Shown here in pieces: positions 62,484-64,000 of a DNA stretch of 64,000 bases (positions are counted from its first letter, which is position 1; each line of letters opens with the position of its first letter). A program made the translations under genes and the position numbers. The notes beneath the pieces were generated by a model, which was given only the letters and a program-made list of their open reading frames with translations, did not search any database and had not been told where the DNA came from. The DNA is from an uncultured Pseudomonadales bacterium (lineage in GTDB: Bacteria > Patescibacteriota > Microgenomatia > UBA1400 > PJMF01): NCBI GenBank assembly GCA_964574595.1, contig CAZNOF010000009.1, positions 2,996 to 66,995 of the forward strand, read 5' to 3'.

Positions 62484-64000
62484 ATGAAATACCTTCTCTT
62501 CATTTTTTTCTTCATCAGCGGCTTTTTTCTTTTCTCATCACCAGCATCCGCAACCCTATCATTTAATGGCGGCGACTATACCAACATGTGTGGCAGCGGC
62601 TTAGCAGCCACAAATCACGCTTGCAGTGGCAGTTGTAATCCCACCACCGGCGTCTGTTCAAATTCTGGCAATACTGTGGTCAAATTTATCTGTGATGGCA
62701 GAGTAAATCAATGTAACCAAAATGAGTCAGCCTTTGCTTCTTCTCAATCCTTAGATTATCCAGGAACCAATAAATCAGTCGCAATTGTCGTTTTCAACAA
62801 GACTTGCCGACAAAATGGTGCCTGGATTTGTACAGATAATGACATGAAAGATTATATGGTTTGGTACTCTGGATCTACTCAGGGATCAGCTACAACTCAA
62901 ACAACCTCCACAACTACCAACACTTGCAGTGACCAACAGCTTGTCCTCATCCAGTTCCAAAGACCTGGAGCAAATAGTTGGATGGGTGGAAGTAGTTTCA
63001 CCAATCAAAACATTCAAAGAAATGAACAGATCAACGTCAACTGTTTCGCCAAGAATGGCACCGCGCTATTGAGCGGTGGCTATATCGATATGACTGATCC
63101 ATATGGCAGAAGTAGAAGAGTTTCAGATACTTCCGAGCTTAGAAACTTTACAGTTGATACGAGTGGCACGTACTCATTTACTTGTCGATCAGCTACGATC
63201 AACCAGTGTACCAGTGGCGACTCATTCCAAGTCCAAGGCACGAATCCACCAACTCCAACACCCATTCAAAGTCAGCCACCCCAATATATTCCGTCACCCA
63301 CTCCTCAACAAAGTTCCTGTGATAATCTGGAAATTGTGAGTGGCAACAACAGTCTCGTTCCCGCCACTGTTGTCTTGAGAGCTCGCGGAAGTGACAACAA
63401 GGGAAGTATCCAGCGCTATCGATATTACTTTGGAGACGGCCAACAAGCTGAAACAGATAAAGCAGAAATTACTCATCAATACAACGTTTCCGGCAGTCTC
63501 GTGGCTCGAGTAGATGTCAAGGATAGTAAAGGAAATTGGAAAACAAGTTCTAACTGTGAAACAACTGTCACCGTTCAATCCGCTCCTGTTGAGTCATTTA
63601 AATCCGATTGTTCAAACATTTACATTACGGCAGATAACAGTAGTCGAGCACCAAGTACTGTCAAATACGAAGTCAGTGGATACGATAACAAAGGCAGTAT
63701 TCAGGCCTATCGCTTGGATTTCGGAAACGGCATCGTTAAAGAGGGAAATGGTCGTACATTTGAACAAAAATACATGCAAGCCGGAACCTATGAAGTTCGC
63801 GGGTATGTTAAAAATAGCCAAGGAAACTGGGTCGGCGGAGATGATAGCTGTCACAAGACAGTCACTATTGGCTCCTCAACTCCGTTAACCTCCCAACCTT
63901 CAACTGGCACTCCAACCATGTTGCCAATTGCCGGTGCGGTGAGTGGTGTGATTGGACTTTCCGTTCAGGCACTGAAGAAGCGGTTTGCTACTACATTGTG
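62484..64000 (+). CDS. secreted Cys-rich protein with two PKD-like repeats (3' partial, runs off the window)
   Basis: Signal peptide MKYLLFIFFFISGFFLFSSPASA. Repeats ...GSDNKGSIQRYRYYFGDGQQAE...HQYNVSGSLVARVDVKDSKGNW and ...GYDNKGSIQAYRLDFGNGIVKE...QKYMQAGTYEVRGYVKNSQGNW. LPIAG plus a hydrophobic stretch plus KKRF near the window end. Confidence 0.55.
   Translation, partial: MKYLLFIFFFISGFFLFSSPASATLSFNGGDYTNMCGSGLAATNHACSGSCNPTTGVCSNSGNTVVKFICDGRVNQCNQNESAFASSQSLDYPGTNKSVAIVVFNKTCRQNGAWICTDNDMKDYMVWYSGSTQGSATTQTTSTTTNTCSDQQLVLIQFQRPGANSWMGGSSFTNQNIQRNEQINVNCFAKNGTALLSGGYIDMTDPYGRSRRVSDTSELRNFTVDTSGTYSFTCRSATINQCTSGDSFQVQGTNPPTPTPIQSQPPQYIPSPTPQQSSCDNLEIVSGNNSLVPATVVLRARGSDNKGSIQRYRYYFGDGQQAETDKAEITHQYNVSGSLVARVDVKDSKGNWKTSSNCETTVTVQSAPVESFKSDCSNIYITADNSSRAPSTVKYEVSGYDNKGSIQAYRLDFGNGIVKEGNGRTFEQKYMQAGTYEVRGYVKNSQGNWVGGDDSCHKTVTIGSSTPLTSQPSTGTPTMLPIAGAVSGVIGLSVQALKKRFATTL

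Noticed and set aside
1-64000. CRISPR arrays, transposases or integrases, prophage structural genes, rRNA
   Set aside because: I saw no regularly spaced direct repeats and no proteins with DDE, tyrosine-recombinase or serine-recombinase motifs. The only phage-associated feature is a holin-family small membrane protein (54850-55212), which is also common as a chromosomal YvlD-like gene.

Overview
Gene-dense (~90% coding), low-GC bacterial chromosomal window with about 60 CDS and 3 tRNAs (Arg-UCG, Lys-CUU, Leu-UAG). I found no rRNA, CRISPR array, transposase or integrase. The gene content suggests an anaerobic fermenter with a small genome: eno, gpmI, ADP-forming acetyl-CoA synthetase, a two-subunit 2-oxoacid:ferredoxin oxidoreductase, LexA, UvrABC and a compact sigma-70. 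A CPR/Patescibacteria-like lineage is inference only. Many genes are translationally coupled through ATGA overlaps. Several apparent promoters are extended -10 elements (TGnTATAAT) placed so that the mRNA would be leaderless. The most interesting region is the 3' third, 51.7-61.3 kb. It holds a Cys-His-Asp transglutaminase-like surface protein, a 7TM protein, a RimK-like ATP-grasp ligase fused to a retropepsin-like domain, a QEGLA/DUF1704-like protein, two tandem cyanophycin-synthetase-like stand-alone ATP-grasp ligases and a small uncharacterised protein. Together these look like an amidoligase, peptide-tagging or polyamino-acid system in the sense of the comparative-genomics predictions for RimK-like, 7TM and transglutaminase neighbourhoods, with an uncharacterised combination of parts. 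Other points of note are a promoter plus terminator pair that would bracket an approximately 70-nt structured sRNA between convergent genes (17.78-17.89 kb), a 34-aa membrane peptide gene with its own promoter, SD and hairpin, a degenerate PEP-synthase-like protein directly upstream of the fermentation cluster, a UvrB with a roughly 60-aa insertion, a short UvrC whose 5' end overlaps the preceding gene, and a partial Cys-rich secreted protein with PKD repeats at the window edge. Coordinates I derived by hand for tRNAs, promoters and terminators may be off by 1-2 nt.
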